Assembly: GCA_017654855.1 (NCBI GenBank)
Contig: CM030333.1
Coordinates: 2,852,001-2,916,000, forward strand
Length of the DNA: 64,000 bases
From: Podospora anserina
Lineage: Eukaryota
Direction: 5' to 3'
Below are positions 47,985 through 62,100 of this stretch, piece after piece; within the stretch, counting starts at the first letter, position 1; every line of letters begins with the position of its first letter. The notes under the pieces were generated by a model that did no database searches, had not been told where the DNA came from, and saw only the letters and a list, made by a program, of their open reading frames with translations. Both the position numbers and the translations under genes were made by a program.

Positions 47985-49981
47985 TCACTTTCCAGCCAAA
48001 ATATCAGCAGCAATCTTCTCCGCCAATGCGTACACCGTCCCCATAGGCTGCCCATCAATCGCAAACGGGAACGCCGACGCATCCACCACCCGAACACCAT
48101 CCACCCCCAAAACCCTCGCATTCGAGTCCACCACCGCATTCGGATCATCCCTCTTCCCCATAGCGCAAGTCCCCACACCAGCGTAATACGCATCCGACGT
48201 CTCAGCAATATAATTGTAAATCTCCTCATCAGTCTGATACCTCTCCCCAGGCAGAATCTCCGGCCCATCAATCACCTCTTGCATCGTCTCCGACGCCACA
48301 ATAGCCCTGCACCGGCGAAACGCAGCAACAGCCATCTCCTTATCCCTCGGATCGTCCAACCAACGGGGATCAACAATCGGATTCTGCGCCGTATCAGTAC
48401 TGTTAATCGTCACCGACCCCCGACTGAACGTCGCCATCAGCGCCGCCGACATGCTAAAGTAATTCTTCCCATCATACTGTGGGACAAACGTGTCGTCCAA
48501 GGCAATGTAGGAAAAAGTCGGCCAGTCCTCAGGGAATTCTTTTTCGATATCTGCCGCCGTCGAGTCCTTGAGCATGCCGGGCTGGTGCTTCTCAAAGGCA
48601 AAGTAGTCCTGCCCGGGGTTGGTCAGCAGCCCGGTGCGGAAGTTGTTGTACTCGTAGATGGACCGGGGGAGGGTCTCCTTGCTGCCCATCAGCTGGCTGT
48701 GGCTTTCTACTTTTACCGGGCTGGTCGGGCCGAGGATGATGGTGTCTTGCATGTTCTTGCCGACGCCGGGGCGGTCGGAGAGGACGGGGATGTCGAGCTT
48801 CTCGAGGGTGTCCCGGGGTCCGATGCCCGAGACCATCAGGAGCTGGGGGGAGCGCATCACGCCGGCGGAGAGGATGACTTCTTTTTTGGCGCCAATGGTC
48901 CACTCGAAGCCGTCGGTGCTCACCTTGACGCCGGTTGCCTTTTTCTTGTCGTCGAATAAGATCTTCTTGACAAGGGTGCGAGTGTAAAAGTTGAGGTTGT
49001 TGCTCTCGAGGAGGGCGTCGTGGAGGTAGGAGGTGGATGCTGTCTCGCGGCGCCGGGTGTAAGGGTTGATGGTGTGCGTGATGTAGGACCGGCCGAGCAG
49101 GTTGCCGTCGGAGAAGCCTTGCACTTCGGGAAAGCCCAGTTTGGCGAGTGCCTTGTCCACCCAGGACGAGATGGCGTTAGTCCAGTAGGGGTAGGCGACG
49201 TGGACTGGCCCGCCGGACTCGGAGAATGCAGAAAGGTTGTTGACGGCAGTGGCATTGGCAGGTCTTGGGTTTGTGTTGGGGCCGGAAAACTTTACGCTTT
49301 TCTGGAAGTACGGCAGCCAGTTGTCCCAGGTGTATGCATCGTCACCGACCTGCTCGGCCCATTTCTTATAGGCCCCTTTTGAGCCGCGGTGATAGAGCAT
49401 CGCGCCGCGGGCTGTGCTGCCACCTAGTGTCTTTCCCTGCATGTAAAACATGGCTCTTTTGGCGAGACCCTACAATGATGCGTTAGCTCTCCTGTTCCTC
49501 TGAGTGTCCGAAGAGAGGGTGTACATACTGGCTGTGGCACAGTGTACTGATACCAGTCAAACAAGGGGTTCTTCACGTGGCCATTATCGAAGAAGTAGTT
49601 GAACAGATACATGGGCACCTCGGTCATATTTCCCCCCTCAATCTCGTAGAAACCGCCTGCTTCGATCACAGCCACCGAGTTGGCGTTGTCTTCGGAAAGT
49701 CGCTTGGCCATCGCTAAGCCAGCAGTGCCCCCGCCAACAATCACGTAGTCGAATGATTGCCCTGGCCAACCGTAGGGCCCGAAGTGCGAGCTAAGCAAGT
49801 CTTTTGCCTGGATACGACCATCCATGCGAGCTTCATCATGATTTTTTGTCGTGGTGAACAGGGACGAGACTCGAGGAATAGCATTGAAGGCAGAGAGATA
49901 CAGCGGCTGCTGTGTTGCAGTGGCAATGCCAACGCTGATTGTCCGCAACAGGGCGACGAGGTAGAGTGGCAGGGATCTCAT
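47985..49981 (-). CDS. stcN: GMC oxidoreductase-fold versicolorin B synthase StcN/Vbs
   Basis: [67 protein letters not shown] (lacks the usual catalytic His), FPFAIDGQP; intron at about 49470-49528. Confidence 0.93.
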
Positions 49982-50310
49982 TTTGAGCGTCAAGTGGGTA
50001 GGTAATGTTAACAGTTCGGCAAAGCTGGAATATAGTTGAACACTACTAGTGAGATCAAGTAAATCTATATAGCCAAGAGAGTCGCTTTTGGCTATGTAGG
50101 TACCTACCCATCTCGGATTCCAATCTGTTCAATTGCTATATGTCGGACCGTATTGTGCCTCCGTCTATCGGTGTCCAGCTTTGAGGGTGTATACCCTAGT
50201 AGGGTTCGCTTTCCGGAGCCAGAGCGAGCCGCATACCGATGGTGCCGACTTTCGCGATGGCCGTTTGCAGCTCTGTATAAAGTTGAACCCAGTGTCGCTC
50301 CCAATGTCGT

Positions 50311-50321
50311 TCGGTCAACGA
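50311..50321. promoter_or_regulatory. AflR-type site TCGGTCAACGA in the divergent stcN/stcM promoter
   Basis: Exact TCG(N5)CGA. Confidence 0.65.
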
Positions 50322-50361
50322 CGTCTTGCTGAAAACACCTTCACACGAATAATCGCACACC

Positions 50362-50912
50362 ATGGCCGGTATTGGAGTCGAGGCAATCGCAGTCGTGACA
50401 GGATGCTTCCTCTCGGGTAAGGATCAACCCCGTCCTGAAGCTACAAGCCGACAAACTAAGCACCTGCGCGCGCAGGAGCCATCATGAGCGTCTTCCTGAT
50501 CACGATTCCGGTGCTCATCGCAACGACAAAGGAGCCGGCAAAGTTGGTCAACCAATGGAGACGTGTGTATCTCAGCGGTCACGTCAAAGGACCGGCCATA
50601 GCAACAACTACGGGTCTCGTCTACGTCTATGCGGCCTGGAGCAAATACGCAGCCGGCGAGCCGTGGCGTGTTTTTGCCCTCGCCGGAGCGACGACGGTTT
50701 CCATCGTGCCTTACACCTTGACTTTTATGCAAGGGATCAACAATGCGCTTTTCCGTGCCGATGCTCTGACTGGCAAGGGAGTTGAGCCCTCGTGGGCCGA
50801 TGCCGAGACGTTGGTGCTTCGATGGGGCCGGCTTAATGCTATTCGGGCGTTGATTCCTCTCGCCGGGGGGATCATTGGACTTTTGGGCACTTGCCAGGTG
50901 TTGTCATTTTAG
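50362..50912 (+). CDS. stcM: Anthrone oxygenase (DUF1772) StcM/HypC-like
   Basis: MAGIGVEAIAVVTGCFLSG|AIMSVFLITIP..QW..Y..GH..IVPYT..M..IN..WGRLNAIR; one intron at about 50417-50475. Confidence 0.82.
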
Positions 50913-51068
50913 AGTACCTAGCAGGAGTGTCAGGTGTCAGAACTGAGAATATGGTGTAACCCCGCGATAAGGAAATGCATGTGGTCAGCCTGTGCCGCCC
51001 CCCGACAGTGCTGTTCTGTTGGCATTGGTCGTTGTCCAGCAAGAGACCCGGCCTCTTGGCTCCCCGTT

Positions 51069-51079
51069 TCGCTCCCCGA
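51069..51079. promoter_or_regulatory. AflR-type site TCGCTCCCCGA upstream of stcL
   Basis: Exact TCG(N5)CGA fitting TCGSWNNSCGR, about 140 bp before the ATG. Confidence 0.75.
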
Positions 51080-51216
51080 TGTGCATCTTGGGCCGTTGTG
51101 TAGTCCACCACGGCTAGATATAGGGTACACAAGATGGTTCCAATACCTCGTTGCGTCCCGTCAACATTCTACACGTAGACGCTAAAATCGAACATCTTGT
51201 CATAACGTGTAACAGC

Positions 51217-52766
51217 ATGGGTCCACTACTGCTCTTGGTTGGACTGGTGTTCCTTTACCCCCTTTACCATGTCATCTACAATCTTTTCTTCCACCCCTTA
51301 GCCTCCTACCCCGGCCCCCTTCTCTGGCGGGCAAGCTCCTTCCCATGGAAGCTCACACTCCTCCGCGGGACCATGCATCACGATCTGATGCGATTCCATC
51401 AAAAGTACGGCGACACCGTCCGCCTCAAGCCCGATGAAATCAGCTACGCAAACGCCCAAGCCTGGAAAGACATCCACGCACACGTCCCAGGTCGTCCGGA
51501 ATTCCTCAAAGACCCCGTTCGCCTCCCCCTGGCACCCAACGGCATCATGAGCATCCTCGTCTCCGACACCAGAAACCACGCCCGCTTCCGCAGCTTGTTC
51601 GGCCACGCTTTCAGTGACAAAGGCCTGCGCGTCCAAGAGGCAAACATCATCCGCTATGCCGACCTCCTGGTCGATGTCCTCCGGGAAGTCGCCGACACGG
51701 ACTCAGCCATCGAAATGGTGCGGTACTACAACATGGGCATCTTCGACTCGATCGGCGCCCTCTCCTTTGGTGAGTCCTTCAACAGCCTGGCCGATCGAAC
51801 CCTCCACCCCTGGGTCGACGCCATCCACAAAAACCTCAAGAGCGTGGCCATCTCGCACGTCTTGCGGAGCATGGGAGTCGAGTTCCTCACCCCTTACGTC
51901 CTCCCCGAAGAACTGCGGGGGAAGCGCGCCGAGAATTACAAGTACGCCATCGAAAAGGTCAACCGCCGGCTGCAAAAGACGGGCGACCAGAATGACTTTT
52001 GGGATCGCGTCATCGTCAAGAGCGGCGACGGGAACGAGTCCGGCCAGGGGATGAGCCAGGGGGAGATGCTCAACAATGCCGCCGTGATGGTCGTTGCCGG
52101 GTCAGAGACGACATCCTCTGTCCTCTGCGGCGCCACATTTCTCATGTGCAAATACGTCAAGTTCGACAAGGCAGCGCACGAGGTCCGCTCGGCGTTCAAG
52201 AGGTCGGAGGATATCACCCTGTTGACTGTCTCCCCTCTGCCTTACCTCACTGCTGTCATTGACGAGACCCTTCGCATGTACCCCGCCGTTCCGGGCCAAC
52301 CACCGCGCGTCGTGCCCGCGGGAGGAGCCATGGTTTGTGGCAAACTCATCCCCGAGGGCGTAAGTGCTTCCTTTCTCTCTGCCCACCTACCTACCTCAGA
52401 AACACAATCAACTGATGACTATGCGGCATAAAGATGCGCGTCGGTATAAGCCACATCGGCACGTATTACGCCGACTACAACTTCACCAAACCTCACGAAT
52501 TCATCCCCGAGCGCTTCATCAACAAGGATGATCCGATGTTTGCCAACGACAATTACGCCGCTTACCAGCCGTGGTCTGTCGGGGTGCGCAACTGCATCGG
52601 GCGCAACCTTGCCTACGCCGAGCTGCGCTTGACACTGGCCAAGTTGCTGTGGCATTTTGACCTTGTGCTGGACGAGGCCAAGACGGGAGACTTTCTGGAC
52701 CAGAAGATCTGGTCCATCTGGGCGAAGAGGGAGCTGTATGTCAAGCTGTACTCTCGCAAGGACTGA
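51217..52766 (+). CDS. stcL: Cytochrome P450 versicolorin B desaturase StcL/VerB
   Basis: HVPGRPEFLKDPVRLPLAPNG, AVMVVAGSETTSS, ETLR, heme PWSVGVRNCIG; intron at about 52360-52433. Confidence 0.92.
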
Positions 52767-53002
52767 TGGACTGGTGGACATGATTAGGGCGGTAGTAACT
52801 TGAATGATAATCAACCATGAACCCCTTATATCATTGCGTACTCTGTGGTTTTAAATACAAGAGGCTCAAACAAAGCTGAAGCAACCTGTTGTTGAAAAAT
52901 ATGTCAGGAATTGATAACTGGACAGAAATAATCCCATGTAGAACTTCACCAAACAAAAGAAATGAGAGGACGTCTTCAAAGTGATCAGCAGGCTAGGTGC
53001 AC

Positions 53003-56000
53003 CTATTCCTTCATCTGCTTCAACAACCTCAACAACACCCCACTCCCAGTAACCCTCTGAACCATCTCGATATACTCTCTCTCCACCGAAAAAGGCCTAC
53101 CCACCACATTCGGGATCCACAGGCCCACCAACTCCTCCGGCCTGATGTCCGCAACATGAATGCTCTGCGACAAATAGGCCCGATAGTCATCAATCTGCGG
53201 CCGTAGTGCCCTTGAGTGGAAAGGGATGTCGATACCCGTCAGAGGGATAGTGGCCTTTCCACGTCTAAGAGCGTCTGAGCTGGAGAGAAGTTGAGCACGG
53301 GGAATAAGACCGCGCACCAAGCCCCTGAGTGTGGTTATGTCAAGCCTTTCCGGTTCAGGTTTTGTCGAGAGGTCATCGCAGGCTTTGCCGAGGATCCAAA
53401 GCGGTTGGAACTAGGGGTATATGAGCAAGAAGTGATGGCGGGGAGGGTGAAGAGATGAGGAAGAACTGACATGACCGGCGCAGACATACTGCTGGGAGCG
53501 AATGTTGTAGTTTACTGTCTCTAACAAGAGGCCTGTTTCCTCTGCGATCACTTGCACCAGGGCTTGCAGGTGATCCTCCCCGAAGACTAGGTAAAGCAAG
53601 GCGAGTGAGAACTCATTCAAGGCTGCGAATTGGGGAAATGGGGCAAGATACCTAGGCTGATCCGTGAAGGATCAACAGCAACCATGCTGTAATCCGTCCT
53701 GTCACCTGCATCACGGGGCAAGGCATTCTGCATCTTCAACCCGCGGTAGTATATGAGCGATAGCAGGCTCTCAAACTGCATGAACGACGTGCAAGCCCCC
53801 AGAGCGGCATATTCGCCAAGTGAATGTCCTGCAAAGCGTGCGCCTGTCTGAACAACGCCTCTGGTCCGCAAATGTACATATTCTGCCATCTCCATGACAA
53901 CTAATGCTGGTTGTGCGAACTGTGTTGACATGAGAAGACCAGTCGAGTGGGAGAATGTGTACGACTTCGACCGTGTTGTCAGGCCGCGCAGGATTGGCTC
54001 CTCTCTGCTGTCCCCGCCAGCTGTCAAAACTCGTCGGGTCATTCCGAGATACATATTTCGAATGTGTCGTCCACGGCTGCCTCCAAAGTAGACGGTGAGC
54101 GTCTTGGGATTGTCTTGAACGATGTGCCTGAGCGAGAACCCGTAGTGCATTCTCAGATGATCCTCTGCTCGATCCCACAGCGCTTTTGCCTCGGGCCTCG
54201 TGGCGTAAAGTGACATGCCCATGCCTTTTTCCTGACCTCCTTGGCCGCAAAAGACATATGCGGTGTCAGGCTGCTCAACATCTGCTTCGGCAGCGAGCAC
54301 CCTTTCCCCCGTTTCGTCGTTGAAGGTCTGTATACTGAGAATCATCCTGCCATCCTCCACAGCAACATGTTGCATCTCGACTCTCAACCTGTCGTTTGGT
54401 CGTACCATGGCCTCGAAGCTTGCCTGCCAGCCTTTGAACCGGGTCCGGTCCGTATCTCCTATAGCCCATTCGACTGCTCGACGGACAATCGCTGACGTGT
54501 GCATCCCATGAACCACTGTCCCATGAAGACCAGCATATCGAGCAAACAAGGGGCACACGTGTATCGGGTTTGTGTCATGCGAAACAGCTGCGTAAGGGGC
54601 GCTTTCGGCGGGTGCACGTACAAGAATCGGCGTGACACCCGTCCATCCTGGATTCTCCAGCTGTTGTCGAGCAGTGAGAGGTGATCCATGTCGGCGGAGA
54701 AAATCCATGATTGGATTACCGAGGCAAGAGTCTTGCTCAAAATACACTCGGCCGAGTTGGATAGGGGCTGAAGTGTCGCTCTGCTCTGCCAGAGTCACGA
54801 CGCCGGACACCTGCAGCAAGGCATTCCCATTCTCGTTGTCGTGTATGGTGTGAGTGGTGAGTTTGAACCTGAGTCTCTGTCCAATCAGGTCGGGCGGCTG
54901 TTCGTCAAATATCAACCATTTCCGGCTTATCAGAAGGGCATTCTTGACGGGCGAGTCAACATGTACCACCGCCTCCGGCTCTCTCACTGAGGTGAACTGT
55001 TCCTCGGCGCCTCCTTGTTCGCCACGCAAGAAGAATTCTGTCTCGATGGTGACCACCCGCTCACCTTGCCTTCGGATATCTGCAGAGATTTTGACCAGCT
55101 TTCCCGTCGCCGTCGTGGCCACCGCCGTGATGCGCGAAAATGCCTGTACCGTATCCCCAACCTGCAGCGGCCTGGCGGATGGAGCGTAACGAAAGGATAT
55201 CGACCGGTGAAGAAGCCGCAGTAGATTGCAGTTCAAACCTGGGATCAGAAGGGGCTTGGTGAGAGCAGTCCACGCCACAACGATGCAGTAGTCGAGAGGA
55301 ATAAGAAGACCACTGGGGTTCCACGAACGAAGCTGTGCTCCGCTGCTTCTTCGGATGACATTGATGTAATCATAGATATTCCGCTCACAGATAATCATTT
55401 CGTTTCCGGTGAACTCGGAGCTCAATCCCGTAACTTGAGGAGGACCTGGGCAAACATCGTGGATCCACAGCCGGTGGTATAAAGACTTTACGGTTGCGGT
55501 GTGTGTCGAAGCATTCTCGTAGAGTCTGCAGCCCTTGGGCCCCTGGTGAACCTTGAGCGGGAACTTTACTTCGGTCACCCGTTTCGTGGCGACAGAGGGA
55601 GAAAGGATGAGTGTGACGACGATATCTCCGATGCGGTTGTGGGTAATTTTGAGACTGGTACGTGGGTTTTTCGCTGTTGAAGAACCCGGACTGAGAACAA
55701 TCTCGTTAAAACATGAGTCCTCAGTCGCCCGTCTCATCTCAATCGTATCACGAGCAACGGGGAGGAATGCCGTCTTGATCGGATTTTGGCAACGAGAAGT
55801 ACCCCTGAAAATCCAGTCGTCTTCCAGGCACTTTTCTGCCCATGACCCAGCAACATTGACTATGTGCTTGATGAGCCTCTCGGTCTCCAAATCTTTGAAA
55901 TCCTTAGTCAGTTCCATCCGATATGTCACGCCATGAGTTGTCGACAGGACTCCAGCAATCGCGGGCAGGTTAGGCGTCATCGGTGCTGTAGTTTCTGTAA

Positions 56001-58908
56001 CCAAGCTCATGGGTGTGGGCTTGTATCCCCTTTCCAGCATCATCCAAACATGCGCCTGGCAAATGGAGTCGAGTATGTCTTTGGCGGACTCATCCAAGGC
56101 GGTGCAGTGTCGAACGGCAACTGGCCCTTGAATCACGCAGACGCGCTCGGCATCTTGGCCAACGACGGCATCAATGTCCTCAGACTGCCACAGCGAGTCC
56201 TTCTTGAACCAAGTGAGAAAGTGTTCGTCGAGCACTGGGATAAAAGGGACCGGCTTCTGGCCTCGGCGACGAAAGAGTGCCAGAAGTAGAGAGACGTCCT
56301 CGGGATACAGTGTTTCGGAGGCACCAGTTCCCAGTGTCTGCTCAAATAGTTGGACAATATCATCCGGCCGAGAATCAGTAGAACCCACATCCGAATCATG
56401 CCCAAACCTTTCGTGTGCCAGAAGGATGAATTCTTCTACCAGAATCCGATAAGACTCATCAATCCATCGATCCTGGTGGTGAACATACATGAGCTGACAC
56501 AGCCGACGTAAAACGCTCGAATAGGTCATATCTCCCAATTCAATGCTCCTGCCACTGCAATCGACAGCGAACCATGGGCGGAAGTAGTCTTGGTTCAAAC
56601 GATCCGCAATCTCATCCTTGTGGTGGCGGAGATACTCAAGGCGCCTGGTCTTGTCCTTGATGGAAAAGATGCTCTGATCAAATTCCTTCCACAGCATCAT
56701 CCCACGCGTGGCGAGAACATGAATGGGCTGGCCCATTTCCGACTCGACGGTTATCACGCCGCCCGTAGGTTTGTCGAAAGACTTGTGCCACTCGCCGTCC
56801 TCGACTCCTCGCGCCCTAATTATTAGCTCTTTGGCTTGGGGGGAAGTGTGGGCTTCCTTGGCCACCATCATGCGGCTGCCGAGGAGAACGCCATCCACTG
56901 GCATGGGCGGGTGTCCAAACTTGTGAGCCCATTCGCCGGTCAACAGCGGCAATGTGTCATTGCCGCAGCCGAGACCGCTGCCAACTATTAAGACAATGTT
57001 AGGAGATCTCCTTATCTGGCCGTACATGGCCAGGAGCGGTTGGTGGAAGTCCTCCCAAGAGTGGTGGCCGCCAGCTCGACCACCGGTCCATTGCAACCCG
57101 ATACAGAACTCTGGGTACTGCTGTGAAATAGCAATCACCTCCTTAATTGCCCCAACGGAGCCGGGCTTGAATGAAATATGCCGCAAGCCTGGGATGGATT
57201 CGATGTATTCTTTGACCACCTCTGCTGAGGGTATGCCTGCGCCAATGGTGATACCGTTGATGGCAACTCCATCACCCGCTAAGCTGCGCAATACGGATAT
57301 CTGCCAGGAAATTGTTTTGGGATTGGCGTAGAGCAGGTTGCAAGTGATACCTCGTTGCGGAGAAATGGCAGCAGCAAGGGTACGGAGGGCATGTTCGAAC
57401 CCCTGTTCGTCCCGGTAGCCACCGCCAGCGAGCTCGATATGGTAGCCAGAGTTGATCACCGTGGCCACAAAGTCCCAGGCGACGGTCGTGGGTGTCATAC
57501 CGGCGACCATGACAGGAGGGGCGCCAAAGAGTTTGGTCATTCTTGTCTCTAGCCGGGCCACACCGTCCTCGTCCACAACCAGACTCGGGGCAAACTGATC
57601 CTTCCAGCTGAGAGGCGCCCATGGCAATGTTAGAGATAATAACTCGTCGCGGCCGCTCGGTCCACCCGAGACAGACCTGTCTGACACTTGGATCACTCGC
57701 AGGCCAGTGCCTTCACTTTGCTCGTTTATCAGACTGCCAATCTGGCCCGGTCCAAAGTCTAGCACGTGTGTGGTGCCGGTCGAGCTGAGAGTGTGCGTGA
57801 CCTGGACCCAGTCGACCGTGTCCACCGTTATGGTACGAATGATGGTGCGGAGTAAGTCGTCTGACTGAGATTCCTGGAGATTCTGTGCCGTATGTGTATG
57901 GTAAACCGGTATAGCGAAGTCATCGCGGGCGAGGGCCAACTCCAGCAGATGGGACCGCACGCTGGCGTCCACATCGATCAGATACGGGCTGTGATAGGGG
58001 CTGGATATCGGGAGGAACTGTACGCTGACGGTCGGTTTGCGCCTACGGTACAAAACTCTGGTCTGGTCCAATCCGTCGCGAGCCTTGATCTGTCGAAGTT
58101 GGACGCACAGGCTACGAAGCGACCCAGGTGGACCTGCGAGAACGAACTTCTCCTTTGAGTTTACCAGAGCAATATGTACTGAGTTGCCATTGCCGAGCGC
58201 TCTGTTGGTCCTTTCCAAACGTAGTGTGAGCTGGTCTTGACTCAGACCTGAGACCGCCAGCATGGACGACGGATAGCCCTCTTCATGTTCGACGCAATCT
58301 GCAATAGCCGCGGCAGGCAGGGCGCAAGGAGGAGTAGCGTAGTGGGACTCCAAACCAATCCAAAAGGAGATGCGGAGAGCTTCATCGGAGGCTTGATAGA
58401 AGGACGACCAACTATTTGCTTTGGCAACGACCACGGCTGCCAGAAGCCCTTGTGAGTGACCGGTCACAGCATGAAGCAGATCCCTGAGTTGGCCAGGACG
58501 CTTGCCGAGAGCCTGGCATGTGATGCAGTATTGTGCCAGACTGAGTACGGTGTTGAGAGGGAAGCTGATGGGAGAAAGAGCAAGGCGATCTTCGGAGGGT
58601 GCCAACTCTGGATTGTCGAGCCAGGCTTGGAGATGGAAACCTAACTCCTGGTGAAAGTCGCTCTTGTGTGGTTGTGATGACAGCTGGGACAATGTTGCCG
58701 ATGCATTTTCCGTCAGAGTCCTGAGGTTCGGTCCATGACGCTCGACCAAGTCCCTGAGGTCACTTAATGCAGTCAGATTATTGTGGCCCTGGCCACCAAA
58801 GATAGCACATATTCGAGCCTTGCCGGTTTCTGCAGTTTTGAGGAGAGCAGACGAGTTCGCTCCGCCCTCTGGTGAAGGGTCGGTTTCATGGGCCAAGATT
58901 GCAGTCAT
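53003..58908 (-). CDS. stcK: Hexanoate synthase (specialised fatty acid synthase) beta subunit StcK/HexB
   Basis: [70 protein letters not shown]; two 3' introns. Confidence 0.94.
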
Positions 58909-59044
58909 GACGACGCCAACAATAATTAATCAACAAAAGAGATCGAGGCAGCAAGCAATCGTGTCGAATGGTTTAGGCACATCCAATGCAGGGGAACGAG
59001 CTGAAATTTGCATGTCTTTCACTCCATTGTTAATTCGGCCGTAA

Positions 59045-59055
59045 TCGGAGTGCGA
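59045..59055. promoter_or_regulatory. AflR-type site TCGGAGTGCGA in the divergent stcK/stcJ promoter
   Basis: Exact TCG(N5)CGA fitting TCGSWNNSCGR, central in a 264-bp intergenic region. Confidence 0.78.
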
Positions 59056-59172
59056 ACATTGTGCTCATGCTTGCTCGGCCACCGTGGTCAGGCAGATGCC
59101 TACCAGATAAATCGCGACCGCCTCGATTCAACTTGTCATTGGGGCGGCGCACGACACTTCCGCATCTGCACC

Positions 59173-62100
59173 ATGACACTTAAAACAATGAAACAAAAAG
59201 CATTGGACGACAGAGACATTGCTCACCAGCTGCTTGTTGAGCTCCTAGTGTAAGACAGCCTCTTTTCTCTCCTTCTCCTCATTGCAACAACTAATGTTTA
59301 TCCCCAGCCACCAATTTGCCTTTCCGGTAAGATGGTAAGCTCATGCCTTCTCTAACAATCCAGGGCATTGAACATCTAGGAAACTCATATCATTATACAG
59401 GACAGACACGCAGGACAACTTGCTATCTGGCAACGATGCCGTCGTTCGATTAGTCGAGCTCGGACCGTCGAGGGTGTTGGTGAACATGGCACAGAAGACG
59501 ATGCTACGCAAGATCGATTCCGGAGAAGCACCGGCCGGCCGTTCTTATCAGTTCTTGGCTAGTGCCCATGACCAGAGGGAGCTTCTGTACCAATATGACC
59601 CTCCACTACAGCCCTCACCAGTTGAACTACCACCACCACCACCACCGCCGCCCAAGCCACCACAGCTCACCCCACAACTCCCAGTCCAGCCAGCACCAGG
59701 GACGGCGCCTGTCAAGGATTGCGCTTTGTCAGGGCTCGAAGTTGTGCGTATTTTGATCGCACGGAAGCTCATGAAGTCGATGGAGGAAGTACCAACTTCC
59801 AAATCCATCAAGGATCTATGTGGTGGTATGTTGTGCTACCAAGTCATGTTACTTCAGTACTGACATAATTGAAGGAAAGTCAACACTGCAAAATGAGCTA
59901 GTAGGAGATCTTCATGCTGAATTTGGCCTTCTCCCGGACAGACCAGAAGACATTCCCTTGAAGGACCTTGGCATCATCCTTGACCCAAGCCGGCCACTGG
60001 GAAAGGTTTCATCAGCCCTTGTCGCCAGACTAATAGCATCCAAAATGCCTGGCGGTTTCGGTATTGCCTCGATCCACAACTACCTCGAGCAGAGGTTGGG
60101 GCTCAGCCCTAAGCGACAGACCGCCGTGACCTTGTGGGCTGTCGCTGCTGAACCAACATCACGACTGCCAGACAACCAAGCAGCCGAGAGATACTGGGAT
60201 CAGATTGCACAGGACTATGGTGCGTTCTGTGGCATCAACCTCCAACCTCGAAGCCAACAACTTCAACAAGCATCCAATGACGCCGCCAGCGCCAGGACAG
60301 TTCTTGTTGACTCATCAGCGTTCAACCAAGCCTCGGAAGCTCACAAGCGGTTAGCCACGAAGCAATACCACGCCCTTGCCGAGTATCTAGTTTTCAGTTC
60401 TTCAGACTCTTCAAGCTCTGATAAGAAACTCGTCACAGACCTGCAGCTTCAGCTTGATACCTGGTCAGCGGAATTTTCTGACGAGTTCTTGTCGGGAATT
60501 GCACCCACCTTTGATGCTGGAAAGGCGCGACAGTACACATCCTGGTGGAACTACGCCCGGGAGGAAGTGCTCACACTGTACCACAGTGGTCAACTTCACG
60601 ACAAGATGACAATGGAAACCCTCATCAACCGTCTCGCAAGCCGAGCTAATGGACCACTTTCCCTTCTCGTATCTCATCTTGCAGAAGAATGTCCCTCGGA
60701 GGTCTTACGCGAGCTATTTCAGCGGGTAGTGCGTGCAAGTAATGCAGGAGTCAAAAAGCCTCCTGTTGCTCGGCCCATGTGGCCAACAGCTGGGCCACGA
60801 ACGATTGTGACCGAGGACGGAGATATCGGCTATGTAGAGATTCCTCGTCCAGGCTTCTCTGGACCTGCGGCCTACGGAGACTACCTCTCTCACCGACTTG
60901 CTCAACCTCGGGAGACCGGCGATTCCCCTGTTATTCGCGTCAACGCTGCTCATGCCGATCATGAGGAATCAGATTGGACCAAGCTGTTCATCCAAGGAAT
61001 ATGTGACGCTCTCACAACCGGCGTCTCATTCTCAGAAAAGTCCATGCTCGTCACCGGTGCAGGTCAGGGTTCAATTGGCAGCGAGGTCATTCGCATTCTA
61101 CTCGCAGGTGGCGCCCGTGTTATCGTCACCACCAGCAGGGAGCCCAGCACCGTAGCTGGCTACTTTCAGTCCATATACAGGGACCACGGTGCCAAGGGCT
61201 CGGAGCTTCACCTGCTTCAGTTCAATCAAGCCAGTTCACAGGACTGCGAGAGGCTGATAGACCACCTGTACAGCCAATCCTGGGACCTAGACGCCATCCT
61301 TCCCTTTGCCGCAGCCCCCGAAGGAGGTGCAGAGATGGATGCCCTATCCCCGACCAACGAGCTGGCACACCGATTGATGCTCACCAATGTCTTTCGTCTT
61401 CTGGGCCGCATAGTCAAGAACAAGCGTCGCTTGGAAATCGCGTGCCACCCCACTCAGGTTGTGCTCCCATTGTCACCGAACCATGGTATCTTCGGCGGTG
61501 ATGGTCTCTATTCCGAATCGAAACTGGGCTTGGAAAGCCTGGTCAACCGAGCCCGCTCCGAGTCTTGGTCTGACCAGCTGTCGATATGCGGCGTGGAGAT
61601 TGGTTGGACTCGATCGACGGGCCTGATGACGGCTAATGACGTTCTCGCTGAGACGATCGAGAATCATGGGGTGTTGACCTTCTCGGCGCAGGAGATGGCG
61701 CTGAATATTGCCGTGTTATTGACGTCGAAATTTGTCGATCTCTGTGAAGATGGGCCTATCTATGCTGATTTTGGCGGCGGCCTCTCGACCCTGGGTAGTT
61801 GTCACGCCATTCTGTCCAAGGCTCGAGAGGAATTTCGGCTTGCCGCTGATGTTGCGCGAGCTGTCAAGACCGAGGATGAACGCGAGCAAGCGCTCCTAAA
61901 GGGCACCAAGTCCAGTATTAAGAGACCTTTCAAGCAAAAGACGATGCTTCGAGTGGGCTTTCCGAAACTCCCAGATACGTTACCAGACCATGACATTGGT
62001 CGTTTGGTGGACCCCGCAAGAACCGTGGTTGTTGTTGGCTTCTCGGAACTGGGCCCATGGGGCAATGCCCGGCTACGCTGGGAGATGGAAACTTTTGGCC

